From: a virus | Lineage: Duplodnaviria > Caudoviricetes | Virus record (IMG/VR): IMGVR_UViG_3300013094_000053 | Coordinates: 1 to 58,414 of that record | DNA: 58,414 nt | Direction: 5' to 3' (one strand) | Part shown: positions 37,735 to 48,549 of the stretch, piece by piece | Numbering within the stretch: position 1 is the stretch's first letter | Layout: every line of letters starts with the position of its first letter | Program-made: the position numbers and the translations under genes | The notes under the pieces: model-generated | Databases searched by the model: none | Told to the model about the DNA's origin: nothing | The model's input: the letters and a program-made list of their open reading frames with translations, nothing else

Positions 37735-38539
37735 TGATTTAAAATGGATGATATCGTCAGATCAGCAATTTCCCTATGCTGACCCCAAAGCCATAGAGCT
37801 TTGGTTTAAAGTCATGTCTTGGTTTAAACCAAATGTGGTAGATTATGCGGGAGATACGGATGATCAAGCTTGTTATAGTAAATATACTGATGATCGTCCG
37901 TCTGAATTTTTAAAAATGCATAAAGACTCTAATGGAGATGCCATTATTCCATTGATTCAACATGAAGCAAAAGAAGCTCGTGACTTTTATGCAAAGACAA
38001 GAAAGGTAGCTGGCAAAGATGCACAGCTATTCACAGCTTTAGGTAATCATGATATAAGAATCTTTGATTATCTAGAAAAGAAGATCCCAGATTATATAGA
38101 TGCGGTAACTCCAGAAACAATGTGGGGCCTGGATTCTTTGGGATACGAATATATATATTATAGCGATTTGCCAAAACATCGTTTTGGCGATATTCACATT
38201 CATCACGGCAATGCTATATCTCAAAATGCTGGTGAGTCTGTGCGTAAAGACGTAGAAAATTGGGGGATATCTCTTATCCGAGGACACTCACACAGAGCGG
38301 GAACTTTCTATCAAACATGGGAGTTACGTAATGGTGGGAGAGGAGAGACCTTGAGAGGCTACGAACTTGGTCACATGAGTGATGAAAAAAGTACAGGTAT
38401 GGGCTACACCAATGTTCACAATTGGCAAAAAGCTTTTGCAGTAGCACATATCGAAAACGGAGTATACCCTCATATTCAAATTATTGAGATTACTCCAGAT
38501 TATACTTGCTACGTAGATGGCAAGAAATTTAGTGTCTAA
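37727..38539 (+). CDS. Calcineurin-like metallophosphoesterase
   Basis: SDQQ (variant DxH), GDTDD, GNHD, HHG, GHSH. Confidence 0.8.
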   Translation: MSNDLKWMISSDQQFPYADPKAIELWFKVMSWFKPNVVDYAGDTDDQACYSKYTDDRPSEFLKMHKDSNGDAIIPLIQHEAKEARDFYAKTRKVAGKDAQLFTALGNHDIRIFDYLEKKIPDYIDAVTPETMWGLDSLGYEYIYYSDLPKHRFGDIHIHHGNAISQNAGESVRKDVENWGISLIRGHSHRAGTFYQTWELRNGGRGETLRGYELGHMSDEKSTGMGYTNVHNWQKAFAVAHIENGVYPHIQIIEITPDYTCYVDGKKFSV

Positions 38540-38556
38540 AGGAGACAAAAATAAAA

Positions 38557-38853
38557 ATGCGTATTACAAATTCTGAAAAGGCCTTGGTAGAACATTATTT
38601 CTATGCAACGGCTACCGCTGCAGTAATTCTTTGGCAGCGTGGTGGAGCAGCTAATCATAACCTAAAGCATGTTGCGTTTGCAGCAATCTATGGTGTTATT
38701 GGCCCTGTACTTGCCCGTGTTAATCCAAAGAGTATTGTGTCTAAGCTTGCTAAGCAAGAGCATCTTGATGCAGCTACAACGGCTGCACTTACAGCTGTAG
38801 CTACTACTGCACAGTCTGATGTTGAAAAAACACTTGCAAAAGCAGCGAAGTAG
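38557..38853 (+). CDS. Small membrane protein, holin-like
   Basis: Two hydrophobic segments, GPVLARVNP; AAGGAG SD. Confidence 0.45.
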   Translation: MRITNSEKALVEHYFYATATAAVILWQRGGAANHNLKHVAFAAIYGVIGPVLARVNPKSIVSKLAKQEHLDAATTAALTAVATTAQSDVEKTLAKAAK

Positions 38854-38872
38854 GTTGTAGGCAAATCAAACA

Positions 38873-39061
38873 ATGATGACCTGCAAAAAGTGTCAAGGCA
38901 GGGTTTTCATAGATAGAGTCTTTTCTCAAAAATTAAGAATTGAATTATTCTGTATGATGTGCGGGAAAAGGTGGATTATCAAGAAAGATGGAAACACATT
39001 AGGGCTATGGCTAGAGGAAATAGAAAAGGCACTAAACAGAGAATATTGTATTTTTACCTAA
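38873..39061 (+). CDS. Small zinc-finger protein
   Basis: CKKC...CMMCG. Confidence 0.65.
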   Translation: MMTCKKCQGRVFIDRVFSQKLRIELFCMMCGKRWIIKKDGNTLGLWLEEIEKALNREYCIFT

Positions 39062-39522
39062 ACGGTGAATTACATAAATCACTTCATATCACTAGATCTG
39101 AAGACCTAATGATTGCTTGGAACTATCCAATGGGTAAGCGTGTTGCGTATAATTTATCAGATGTGCGTAAAAATAAACAACACGCTTATACCATTTCTTA
39201 TGTTGCCAAGATGCTAAATAGACATATTGATACAATTAAAAGACATTTAAAAGCGGGAGATTTTACAACCCCGCAAAGATCTTATTCCCTAAAGGATCAT
39301 TCTAGGGAGGGTAGATATTATTTTTCTGATGATAATATTAGAGAAATACGAGATTTTTTCAAAACAGTACACATAGGTAGACCTAGAAAAGATGGTATGG
39401 TAAACTCTACTAGTATACCAAGCAGAGCCGAATTAGAAGCCTTATTAAGAAATGAGAAAGTATTATATGCTAAACAAGATGACGGAACATTTATTCCAGT
39501 TTGGAAACAGCCAGAATGGTAG
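39007..39522 (+). CDS. HTH (MerR-like) DNA-binding protein
   Basis: YTISYVAKMLNRHIDTIKR...RYYFS; start reassigned to ATG 39007. Confidence 0.6.
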   Translation: MARGNRKGTKQRILYFYLNGELHKSLHITRSEDLMIAWNYPMGKRVAYNLSDVRKNKQHAYTISYVAKMLNRHIDTIKRHLKAGDFTTPQRSYSLKDHSREGRYYFSDDNIREIRDFFKTVHIGRPRKDGMVNSTSIPSRAELEALLRNEKVLYAKQDDGTFIPVWKQPEW

Positions 39523-39758
39523 ATAATAAATTAAATAAAGAAGCTAAGCATGCCTTGGAAATGTCTTTAACTGTTTTAGAACACGCCATGGAATTGGCTT
39601 TACAAAAAGAAGACCTAGATGCTATAATTGCTATCTCAGACAGACTGATGATGCTATATCAACATCTTGCTGATAAGAATATTAAAAAGTTTAAGACTGG
39701 ATTTGGACTCACAAATCCTGCTACAACGAAGGAAGAGGAATATGACGAATCAGACTAA
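39516..39758 (+). CDS. Hypothetical protein
   Basis: In-frame ATG 39516 overlapping the upstream stop. Confidence 0.55.
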   Translation: MVDNKLNKEAKHALEMSLTVLEHAMELALQKEDLDAIIAISDRLMMLYQHLADKNIKKFKTGFGLTNPATTKEEEYDESD

Positions 39759-39951
39759 CGTCAAGGTAGAACTTCAGTACACCAGAAATTTGGGCAACTT
39801 TGAGAATATCAAGGTTTCTATAGGTGTTGAAGACTTTGTTCGTTCTGGAGAAAATACTGGTCAAGCAACTGATCGTGTATATAAATTCGTTGAAGATAAG
39901 CTTATTGAAAAAATGCAAGAAATTGAAAAAGATCTACAAAAGGGTAAATAA
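39742..39951 (+). CDS. Hypothetical protein (YTRNLGNFE motif)
   Basis: GAGGA SD before ATG 39742. Confidence 0.6.
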   Translation: MTNQTNVKVELQYTRNLGNFENIKVSIGVEDFVRSGENTGQATDRVYKFVEDKLIEKMQEIEKDLQKGK

Positions 39952-40316
39952 TGGGTAAAGAAGAAAATCAACAAGCCTATATACTTATTGGGGTTTATCA
40001 ACAGCTGTGGAAAAGTAAATATGGAAAAGTTGTTGTAGTAAACAGATATAAGAGAAAATGGGATTTACTTGACGTAGTAGAAACAATCGGGTATGATAGA
40101 GCAAGAGAGGTAATGGAATATTACTTTACTTGTAATAAGCCAGGACACCCATTGGAATGGTTTTTATCTAATTTTGATAAATTAGACACCTCTATGAAGA
40201 AGATACAAGAAGACAAGGTTAAGAGAACTCTTGTCAGAGCCAAAACAAAGCAACTAGTAGAAGAGGAAGATATTGAATACGGAAGCAGCAGTGATAACGG
40301 CGGTCTGCAAGAATAA
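39951..40316 (+). CDS. Hypothetical protein, possible helicase loader
   Basis: Directly upstream of and overlapping the helicase gene. Confidence 0.5.
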   Translation: MGKEENQQAYILIGVYQQLWKSKYGKVVVVNRYKRKWDLLDVVETIGYDRAREVMEYYFTCNKPGHPLEWFLSNFDKLDTSMKKIQEDKVKRTLVRAKTKQLVEEEDIEYGSSSDNGGLQE

Positions 40317-41496
40317 AGATATTGCAACTGTACTTGCAGAAAATGTTGATGATGTTTTTGTATTGCACCGTGATGTATGGGAAAGCTTAAAGAGCTATTA
40401 TTATAAATTCAGATCTGTCCCAGACATTTCAGTAATAACAGAGAGACACAAAGATTTTGAGCCAGAGTCTGTAAAAGGCGAGACTGGCTACTATTTAGAT
40501 GAATTAAAGAATGAATTTTTGGGCGGTAAGATTAGAGAGCTTCTTCTTACTAGCGGTTCAAATCTAAAGACAAATGCAGCGGTAAGAGTTTTGCAAGGTA
40601 TGCAAAATGAGCTTTCTTCGCTTTCAAGAATTGCCAATGTGGTACGAGATGTTGACCTGACAGACTACGCACTTGCAGAGAAGCACCTAGAGGCTGTAAA
40701 GAACAGATCTTTGGCTATGGGTGGAAGTCCAGGAATTATGACTGGGTTCAAGGCTATTGACCTAGCATACCCTACAGGAATGGCCCCAGGACATCTTATG
40801 GTGATGATTGGCTGGCCAGGTAGAGGTAAGACATGGTTCTCCTCTTATCTAGCCTGTAAAGCCTGGGAACAGGGTTTTAAGCCTATGATTGTATCCCTTG
40901 AAATGACTCCTGAGAATATGCGTGACCGTATTTATACCATGATGGGATCGGGATTATTTAAGGCATCTGATTTTGCTAAGGGTAATATTAACGTTGATGA
41001 TTTTAGAACATGGGCGGGGAATAAGTTTGATAATAAGCAGTCATTTGTACTAGTCTCCAATGAGGGTGCAGGCAATGTAACCCCTACAACAGTACAGGCT
41101 AAAATTGATCAACATAAGCCTGACATTGTTATCCTTGACTATCACCAGTTGTTTACAGATTCAAATAACTCAAAGAATCCAACTGAGCGTAATATGAATA
41201 TTTCTCGTGAGTTTAAGAATCTTGCTGTAAGAAATAATATTCCTATTATTGATATTACTGCTGCAACGATGGATGATGCCTCATCTCAAGATGAACCACC
41301 ATTGCTATCACAAGTTGCATGGTCAAAGGCAATCGAATATGATGCTGATATATCAATTGCTGTTCATAAGACAGCAGATACAAATGTAATGGAGATTGTA
41401 AGTCGCAAAAATCGTCATGGTACAGATTTTGATTTCTATCTAGACTGGGATTTGAATCGTGGTATCATCAAAGAGTTGTATGAGCCACCTGCATAA
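40273..41496 (+). CDS. dnaB: DnaB-like replicative helicase
   Basis: GWPGRGKT, SLEM, ILDY, IEYDAD, KNRHG. Confidence 0.9.
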   Translation: MNTEAAVITAVCKNKDIATVLAENVDDVFVLHRDVWESLKSYYYKFRSVPDISVITERHKDFEPESVKGETGYYLDELKNEFLGGKIRELLLTSGSNLKTNAAVRVLQGMQNELSSLSRIANVVRDVDLTDYALAEKHLEAVKNRSLAMGGSPGIMTGFKAIDLAYPTGMAPGHLMVMIGWPGRGKTWFSSYLACKAWEQGFKPMIVSLEMTPENMRDRIYTMMGSGLFKASDFAKGNINVDDFRTWAGNKFDNKQSFVLVSNEGAGNVTPTTVQAKIDQHKPDIVILDYHQLFTDSNNSKNPTERNMNISREFKNLAVRNNIPIIDITAATMDDASSQDEPPLLSQVAWSKAIEYDADISIAVHKTADTNVMEIVSRKNRHGTDFDFYLDWDLNRGIIKELYEPPA

Positions 41497-41520
41497 AATT
41501 TAGGTGCTAACACTCATGCA

Positions 41521-41529
41521 TGATATAAT
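41521..41529 (+). promoter_or_regulatory. Extended -10 promoter
   Basis: TGATATAAT before GGAG SD and ATG 41559. Confidence 0.6.
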
Positions 41530-41558
41530 TTCTACGTATAACTAAATACGGAGACATT

Positions 41559-41837
41559 ATGCTTAAGAAAACTATACATCAGTTTATGACTGCGGGTCAG
41601 ATTAAAAGCGACAAGGATATAAGTCGCTTAAGAGAAATGCATGAGCGTCTTTTAGTACAAGATATGCAAGCCAGAGGATATGTTCCAGTTTTAGATATGG
41701 AAACTCAGTGGCAAATTAGTTATCAAGAAAAGAAAGACGCTTATGGGTTTACGCTAATTATGTTTGGTGTATACTTAGGTAAGAAGCAGGCTCTAGAGTA
41801 CATAGGGTTCTCTGGACAACAGTTTATAAAAAGGTAA
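41559..41837 (+). CDS. Hypothetical protein
   Basis: 92-aa ORF with SD; RGYVPVLD motif. Confidence 0.65.
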   Translation: MLKKTIHQFMTAGQIKSDKDISRLREMHERLLVQDMQARGYVPVLDMETQWQISYQEKKDAYGFTLIMFGVYLGKKQALEYIGFSGQQFIKR

Positions 41838-41841
41838 ATCA

Positions 41842-42803
41842 ATGATACTTGAAACTTATAACCAACCGCAATTGCGGGAGGTTCTTCAGACTATTGGTGT
41901 GAAGATTGTTTCTGAAACATCTACAGATTTTTTATGCCTTTGCCCATTCCATTCAAACAGAAGATCTCCGTCATTTGCAGTCAGCTATTCCAAAGGCCTT
42001 TATATTTGTTATAACCCATCTTGTGATGCAAAGGGAAACCTAAGAGACCTTATTGAAAAGGTGGGTCAGGTAAATGGTTTAGAGGCTAACAAGATGATAC
42101 TTTCTATTGAAAGAAGTAGAATTGAGCATTTTGATGAAGAGCTTATTAAGCTTATGGACGAAGAAGTTGAATTTGAAGAGTTTCCAGAAGAAACACTTAT
42201 AAAACTATATAATGATTTACTTAAAAGTCAAGAAGCAAAAGACTATTTTGAATCAAGAGGGATTGACCTAGGATCAATTGCACACTTTTCTTTAGGGTAT
42301 TCAGAAAACTTGGGCATGGTTACTGTGCCAGTCCATAGTCCCACTGGCTTGCCAGTCGGGCTTGTTGGAAGATCAATAGAAGGAAAACGTTTTAAGAATA
42401 GCACTAACTTGCCACGTCAAAAAACAATGTTTAATCTGCATAGAGCAAAAAAATGGGCGGTAAAATTATTGTTGTTGAATCTTGTTTTGATGCGATTAGA
42501 ATTCATCAAGCTGGTTTTCCAAATGTAGTGGCAACACTAGGCGGTAGCATATCAAAGACTAACCTAGCTAATTTAAGCAAATATGCATCTTCTATAATTA
42601 TAGCAACAGACAATGACGAGGCTGGTAGAAAACTAGGAAGCCAAATAGCAAATGCTCTAAAGAACAAAGATGTTTCTTGGGCAGTGTATGATGATTCTGT
42701 AATATATCCACATAATGCAAAAGATATGGGTGATTTGACAGAAGAAGAAATAAAAAGATGTATAAAGAATGCGGAATCGCATTTTGAATATATTAATAGA
42801 TGA
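41842..42803 (+). CDS. dnaG: DNA primase split by a -1 frameshift at an A7 run
   Basis: CPFH..C..C zinc finger and GLVGR in 41842..42528; TOPRIM VVES.FD and ATDNDEAG in 42453..42803; junction gcA AAA AAA tg at 42447..42453. Confidence 0.85.
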
Positions 42804-42809
42804 TATAAT
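42801..42809 (+). promoter_or_regulatory. Extended -10 promoter
   Basis: TGATATAAT overlapping the primase stop; TAAGGAG SD before ATG 42859. Confidence 0.55.
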
Positions 42810-42858
42810 AGGATAACAAAGGGCACAAGTATCGCCCTCTATACTAAGGAGAATATAT

Positions 42859-43530
42859 ATGGGTATCGTAACAGGTTTAAATGCAATTAATAAGGCAATT
42901 GAACAACCAAACTACACAAATGACGGTCCAAAGGGCCGTTGGCTTAAGGTAAATGACGGACAGAGTTTGAAGATCCGTTTTCTTCAGGAGATTGATCCTG
43001 ACTCACCAAACTACAACAACGAAGCTGATCTAGGCATCGTTGCAATTGAACATCAAAATCCAAAAGACTACAAGCGTAAGGCTGTCTGCACAATTGAAGA
43101 TGAAGGTCAATGCTATGGATGCGAAGAATATCGTCGTGATCCAAAGTCAGGCTGGAAGTCTAAGCCACGTTTCTACATTAACGTACTAGTTAATGATGGA
43201 AAGGAAGAGCCATATGTGGCAATCATGTCACAGGGTATTGGCCCTAAGAGTGCCACTGCAGAAATCAGCCAGTATGCAGCAGAGACTGCAAGCATCACCA
43301 ATCTTGATTGGAAGATTAAGCGTACAGGAACAGAGAAGGATACTAACTATAGCATAATTCCACTTCCAACTGCTGGTGCAACAGTACTTGACCTATCAAA
43401 GTATGAGTTGTATGATTTGAAGAATGTTGCAGTTCGCAACGTTCCATATTCAGATCAAGAGAACTTTTACAAGGGTATCGTCTCTGAGGAAGCAGTAGAG
43501 TCATCTACATCTTCTTCTGTTGAGTGGTAA
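42859..43530 (+). CDS. Single-stranded DNA-binding protein (gp32-like)
   Basis: KIRFL, H..C..C..C zinc ligands, KRTG...TNY, acidic tail ending in W; between primase and polymerase. Confidence 0.7.
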   Translation: MGIVTGLNAINKAIEQPNYTNDGPKGRWLKVNDGQSLKIRFLQEIDPDSPNYNNEADLGIVAIEHQNPKDYKRKAVCTIEDEGQCYGCEEYRRDPKSGWKSKPRFYINVLVNDGKEEPYVAIMSQGIGPKSATAEISQYAAETASITNLDWKIKRTGTEKDTNYSIIPLPTAGATVLDLSKYELYDLKNVAVRNVPYSDQENFYKGIVSEEAVESSTSSSVEW

Positions 43531-43549
43531 TATAATTTAAGGGCGGGTA

Positions 43550-46500
43550 TTGGTGAATTTTACACATCTACATGTGCATAGTCATTATTCTTTGATGGAC
43601 GGGCTATGCTCTCCACATGAACTATTGACTGCAGCTAAAAATGCTGGACAGACCTCTATGGCTATAACAGATCATGGAACTCTGGCATCTCATAGAGATA
43701 TGCAGATTGCAGCAAAAGAGCTGGGAATGAAACCAATACTCGGTCTTGAAGCATACATTTCTTCTACAGATCGTTTTGACAAGCGTGATATTAAAGAGCG
43801 TGATGATAATACTCAGGTATTCAATCACATTATTCTACTTGCTAAAAACCAAAATGGTTTGAAGAATTTACAAAAGCTTTCCCAATTGGCATGGACAGAA
43901 GGATATTATCGCAAGCCTAGAATTGATTTAGAGATTCTTGATGAATATGGCGACGATATTATTGTTTTATCTGGATGCTTAAATGGTCTTATTTGCAAGG
44001 CTATTGAACGTGGAGATATGGATAAGGCAGTTGAATATGCCAACTGGTTTGCTAACCGTTTCGGAGATGACTTCTATTTAGAGGTTCAATCACACAATCC
44101 AAAAGAAATTAACGGTGCTTTGTTGGCCATTGGAGATACTCTCGGTATTAAATTGGTCGCAACGGGTGACTGTCACTATGCAACAAAAGAGCAGAAGGCA
44201 CTAGAAGAAGCACTTTTGATTCTATCAACTAAGCCTAATTTGGCTGACGGTGTTGACTATGAGTCTGGCAAGAAGTTCAAGGATATCTTTGAGCGATTTA
44301 ACCACTTGTATCCAAACCGCCCAATCTCTTTTGAAAGCATCAATGTTTACATTCAAAATATTGATGAGCTTAAGTCTGACTTTGGCAGTGAATGGCCAGA
44401 TGACATCTATACTAATTCACAGGCAATTGCAGACAAAATTGAAGATTATGAATTTTATGAAAATTTACAGTTGCTTCCAAAGCCTAAGTCTGATCCGCAT
44501 AAGCAACTGGTCAAGATGTGCAATGATTCCTTAAAAGAAAAAGGTTTAGAAGATGAGAAGTACAAAGAGAGGCTTGAAGAAGAGCTTTCCGTCATTCATG
44601 ACAAAGAGTTTAGTAGCTATTTTCTTGTTGTGGGCGATATGGTTCGCTGGGCGAAAGACAATGAAATCCTTGTTGGACCAGGACGTGGTTCTGCAGCAGG
44701 ATCTCTAGTCTGTTATTTATTGGGTATTACAGAAGTAGACCCAATTAAATATGACTTGCTGTTCTTCAGATTTATTAATCCAGAGCGTAATGACTTTCCA
44801 GATATTGATACAGACTTTATGGATCGTCGCCGTGGCGAGGTTAAAGATTATCTACGTAAGAAGTTTAAAAATGTTGCATCAATTTCCACTTATCAGTATT
44901 TTAAGGATAAGGGCGTAGTTAGAGATGCAGCGAGAGTTTTTGATGTCCCATTGGGAGAAGTTAATAAGGCTTTGAAGGGCATTGAGACTTTTGAAGAGTT
45001 TGAGACAAATCCAAACTCTGCATGGTTCCGTGACAAGTATCCAGAAGTAATCAAGTTTGGTTCTGATTTGCGTGGAAGAATCCGTTCAGTTGGAATGCAT
45101 GCTGCTGGTGTTGTGGTGGCGAATGAAGATATTTCTAAGTATGCCCCTATTGAAACACGTAAGGATGCTACTGATGAGGTTTCTGGACGAGTTCCAGTTG
45201 TTGCATATGACATGGATCAAGCAGCAGATATCGGATTGATTAAGTTTGACGTACTTGGCCTTAAGACATTATCTGTTATTAAAGATACTGTTGATATTAT
45301 CAAGGTAAGACATAAGAAGACAATTGATCTTAATGCGTTGCCATTGGACGATAAGAATATCTTTTATGACCTATCAAATGGTTTTACTAAGGGTGTATTC
45401 CAGGCAGAAGCGACTCCCTATACCAATCTTTTGATTAAGATGGGTGTAGATAATTTTGAGGATATGGTAGCATCAAATGCTCTAGTCCGTCCAGGTGCTA
45501 TGAACACTGTAGGTGCAGAGTATCTTGGTCGCAAGCGTGGAGAAAAGATGGTAACTTATGTCCATCCTATCATGAAGCCATTTACTGAAAGAACTTATGG
45601 AGTTATTATCTATCAGGAACAGGTTATGCAAGCCTGCGTACACTTAGGTGGTATGTCTTGGTCTGAAGCTGATAAGGTTAGAAAGATTATTGGAAAGAAG
45701 AAAGATGCAAGAGAGTTTGACACATTCCGTGACAAGTTCGTTAGCGGAGCACAAAATTACATCTCAAAGGAAGATGCTGAGCACTTGTGGCATGATTTTG
45801 AGGCGCATGCTGGGTATTCTTTTAACCGTTCCCACGCTGTTGCTTACAGCATGCTCGGTTATTGGACTGCTTGGCTTAAGCATTATTATCCGCTTGAATT
45901 CGTATTTGCTCTTCTCAAAAACGAAGGCGACAAGGATGCGAGAACAGAATATCTACTTGAAGCTAAAAGACTCGGGATTAAAATCCTACTCCCTCACGTC
46001 AATGAATCAGACCTTGATTTCAGTATCCAAGGTAACTCCATTAGATTTGGTCTTGCGAATGTTAAATTTATTTCAGAAAATATTGGAAAGAAGCTCATCG
46101 CTTCTAGACCATATAATTCATTTGCTCACCTACAAGAAATTGCGGGGACGAAAAAGTCAGGGATCAACTCAAGAGCTATAGCATCACTTAATCTTATTGG
46201 TGGGGCAACATTTGACGATAATCCAAGAACTGGAAATGAATCTCAGAACTATTATGAATATCTAAATATTCCTAAATTTGATACTCGTGGCATAACGCCA
46301 TACATCAAATCTCAGATTACACCATTGCAAGATTTTCTTGAAGAGGGTTGTTACATTCTTATGGCTATGGTTAAACAAATTAAGAAGGGCAAGGGATGGT
46401 CTCGTGTTGAGTTGGTAGATGATACTGGTTCCATTGGTATCTTCCATCAAGAAAATACACAAATTGAGACTGGTAACATGTACTTCTTCCTTGTAGGCGA

Positions 46501-46819
46501 CAATAGAATTCATAGATATGTTACAATAGAAGATGTAATTAATAAAAAGGGAGATCCATTTATTGATTACCTAAACTCTCAAGATTTAAATGTACCTGAA
46601 GATAAAAAGTTTGTGGTTGATTTCACACACTATAAAACAAAACAGGGTAAAATGATGGCACATATAATTTATTCTGATGAAGATAAAGAGTTATATCGTG
46701 CAATTGCTTTTCCAAAGGTCTACCCTTTGGCATTAGGAAAGATGAAGGCAGGGTCTTTCTGTTCACCAACCGTCGCACAATTAGATGACGGAACTAAATA
46801 TGTAAAGGATATAGCATGA
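43550..46819 (+). CDS. dnaE: DNA polymerase III alpha subunit
   Basis: PHP HLHVHSHYS, TDHG, GPGRGSAAGS, PDIDTDF, HAAG, KFDVLGL, YSFNRSH. Confidence 0.95.
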   Translation: MVNFTHLHVHSHYSLMDGLCSPHELLTAAKNAGQTSMAITDHGTLASHRDMQIAAKELGMKPILGLEAYISSTDRFDKRDIKERDDNTQVFNHIILLAKNQNGLKNLQKLSQLAWTEGYYRKPRIDLEILDEYGDDIIVLSGCLNGLICKAIERGDMDKAVEYANWFANRFGDDFYLEVQSHNPKEINGALLAIGDTLGIKLVATGDCHYATKEQKALEEALLILSTKPNLADGVDYESGKKFKDIFERFNHLYPNRPISFESINVYIQNIDELKSDFGSEWPDDIYTNSQAIADKIEDYEFYENLQLLPKPKSDPHKQLVKMCNDSLKEKGLEDEKYKERLEEELSVIHDKEFSSYFLVVGDMVRWAKDNEILVGPGRGSAAGSLVCYLLGITEVDPIKYDLLFFRFINPERNDFPDIDTDFMDRRRGEVKDYLRKKFKNVASISTYQYFKDKGVVRDAARVFDVPLGEVNKALKGIETFEEFETNPNSAWFRDKYPEVIKFGSDLRGRIRSVGMHAAGVVVANEDISKYAPIETRKDATDEVSGRVPVVAYDMDQAADIGLIKFDVLGLKTLSVIKDTVDIIKVRHKKTIDLNALPLDDKNIFYDLSNGFTKGVFQAEATPYTNLLIKMGVDNFEDMVASNALVRPGAMNTVGAEYLGRKRGEKMVTYVHPIMKPFTERTYGVIIYQEQVMQACVHLGGMSWSEADKVRKIIGKKKDAREFDTFRDKFVSGAQNYISKEDAEHLWHDFEAHAGYSFNRSHAVAYSMLGYWTAWLKHYYPLEFVFALLKNEGDKDARTEYLLEAKRLGIKILLPHVNESDLDFSIQGNSIRFGLANVKFISENIGKKLIASRPYNSFAHLQEIAGTKKSGINSRAIASLNLIGGATFDDNPRTGNESQNYYEYLNIPKFDTRGITPYIKSQITPLQDFLEEGCYILMAMVKQIKKGKGWSRVELVDDTGSIGIFHQENTQIETGNMYFFLVGDNRIHRYVTIEDVINKKGDPFIDYLNSQDLNVPEDKKFVVDFTHYKTKQGKMMAHIIYSDEDKELYRAIAFPKVYPLALGKMKAGSFCSPTVAQLDDGTKYVKDIA

Positions 46820-47055
46820 CAGACGAAGTACAGAATACGGATGCAGCTCCAGAAGAGCAAAATATTAATATTAGTATTGAGCAGATTCTTGCAGCAACAT
46901 TGAAGCATCAGGGCAAGGTTACAATTCCATTGGAAGACTTGATCGCAAATTACGGTGGATACAGCATTGCTGTTACACAAAATGAAGATAAATCAGTAAC
47001 ATTTGAGTTGACTGAAGTCCCACAGCAACAAGCAGAAGTAGAATCAGAAGAATAG
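46816..47055 (+). CDS. Small acidic hypothetical protein
   Basis: ATGA overlap, AAGGA SD. Confidence 0.6.
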   Translation: MTDEVQNTDAAPEEQNINISIEQILAATLKHQGKVTIPLEDLIANYGGYSIAVTQNEDKSVTFELTEVPQQQAEVESEE

Positions 47056-47065
47056 TAAGGAATAA

Positions 47066-48064
47066 ATGACTAATCCATCAGAGGCAATATTATCAAAACT
47101 TGATCCGAAAACTAGACAACGCATTCAACTTGCGACAGATGTAAGTTCGGAAAGACAAAAGACCCCGAGCATAGGTTTGAACCTTGCACTTAAAGGCGGT
47201 CTAGGCTATGGAAGACAAATTTTGATTTGGGGCAATAAATCTGCTGGTAAGTCATCATTCTGTTTGCAAATGATCAGTCTAGCCCAGAAAGAGGGAAAGA
47301 CTTGTGCTTGGATTGATTCGGAAGCATCTTACGATGCTAAGTGGGCTGAAGGCTTGGGAGTAGATTCCTCTTCTCTTATTTACTCCTCAGCAAAGACCAT
47401 TAATGATATGGTAGATGTTGCTACACAATTAATGGAGGCGGGAGTTGATATTATCGTTGTTGATTCTATTTCAGCATTGCTTCCAGCAATCTATTTTGAA
47501 AAAGATAGTGATGAATTAAAGAAACTTGAAGACACCAAGCAGATTGGTGCAGAAGCAAAGGATATGACTCATGCAGTTAAAATGCTCAACTACGCCAATA
47601 AAAATACGTTACTAGTTCTTATTTCTCAGCAGAGAAATCAATTCGGTAGCATGCATGCAAGTCACATCCCAACAGGGGGGATGGCGGTTAAGTTTTTCTC
47701 CAGCACAGTCATCAAACTATGGGCATCCGAAGCTGATGCAAATGCTATTAAGTCTGGAGTCCAGGTTGGCGATAAGATTATTGAACAAAAGGTTGGAAGG
47801 CCAGTCAATTGGATTGTTGATTACAACAAATTAGGGCCTATGGGATTATCAGGACAATACGACTTCTATTTTCAAGGAGATCGTGTAGGAGTTGACTTCG
47901 TAGGAGAAGTACTTGATGCTGCCGAGATGATGGGTAAAATTCAAAAGGGCGGGGCATGGTATACTATAGGTGAGGAAAGATTCCAAGGAAGAAATAAGGC
48001 TTTGGATTATTTAAGAGATAATCCAGAAATTGTTAAAACACTACAGGAAAGTTTGTATGAGTAA
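47066..48064 (+). CDS. recA: RecA/UvsX-like recombinase
   Basis: GNKSAGKS, WIDSE, VVDSI, PTGGMAVKF, GGAWY, QGR. Confidence 0.9.
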   Translation: MTNPSEAILSKLDPKTRQRIQLATDVSSERQKTPSIGLNLALKGGLGYGRQILIWGNKSAGKSSFCLQMISLAQKEGKTCAWIDSEASYDAKWAEGLGVDSSSLIYSSAKTINDMVDVATQLMEAGVDIIVVDSISALLPAIYFEKDSDELKKLEDTKQIGAEAKDMTHAVKMLNYANKNTLLVLISQQRNQFGSMHASHIPTGGMAVKFFSSTVIKLWASEADANAIKSGVQVGDKIIEQKVGRPVNWIVDYNKLGPMGLSGQYDFYFQGDRVGVDFVGEVLDAAEMMGKIQKGGAWYTIGEERFQGRNKALDYLRDNPEIVKTLQESLYE

Positions 48065-48245
48065 GATTAATGATTTTGTAAGCAAGAAGTCTGGTAAGGA
48101 TATGACCAGATATGAAAAGATGTACGGTAATTATGGATGTAAGCATTGCAGGGAAGATGTAGAGTTTGCATATTGGGACGTTGATGAATTAAAGATAGTT
48201 TGGATATGTTCTCAAAATCATAGATCGGAACATCAACTTGTCTGA
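48057..48245 (+). CDS. Small zinc-binding protein
   Basis: CKHC...C...H; start reassigned to ATG 48057. Confidence 0.55.
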   Translation: MSKINDFVSKKSGKDMTRYEKMYGNYGCKHCREDVEFAYWDVDELKIVWICSQNHRSEHQLV

Positions 48246-48549
48246 AAGAGGAGAGATTAAACGTGACGGAGCCAAAGGACAAAAGAATTCAGGACGTGGT
48301 GATTACCAAAAGGGTGATGCTATATGGAATGATTTTGTCGTTGATTATAAAGAGTACTCTAAGTCAATCTCCATTAGTAAAGAAATTTGGGCAAAAATTT
48401 GCACGGACACTTTTAAAGTATCACGTGATAAATATCCAGTACTTAAACTTATATTGGGCGAAGAAGGCCAAAAGACACGACTAGCCGTAATTGAGTGGGC
48501 AATGTTTGAACAGATGGAGGAAGCATGGCGGAAACAACAGGAACAGTAG
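48238..48549 (+). CDS. PD-(D/E)xK Holliday-junction-resolvase-like protein
   Basis: NSGRG..KGD...VDYK pattern. Confidence 0.6.
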   Translation: MSERGEIKRDGAKGQKNSGRGDYQKGDAIWNDFVVDYKEYSKSISISKEIWAKICTDTFKVSRDKYPVLKLILGEEGQKTRLAVIEWAMFEQMEEAWRKQQEQ

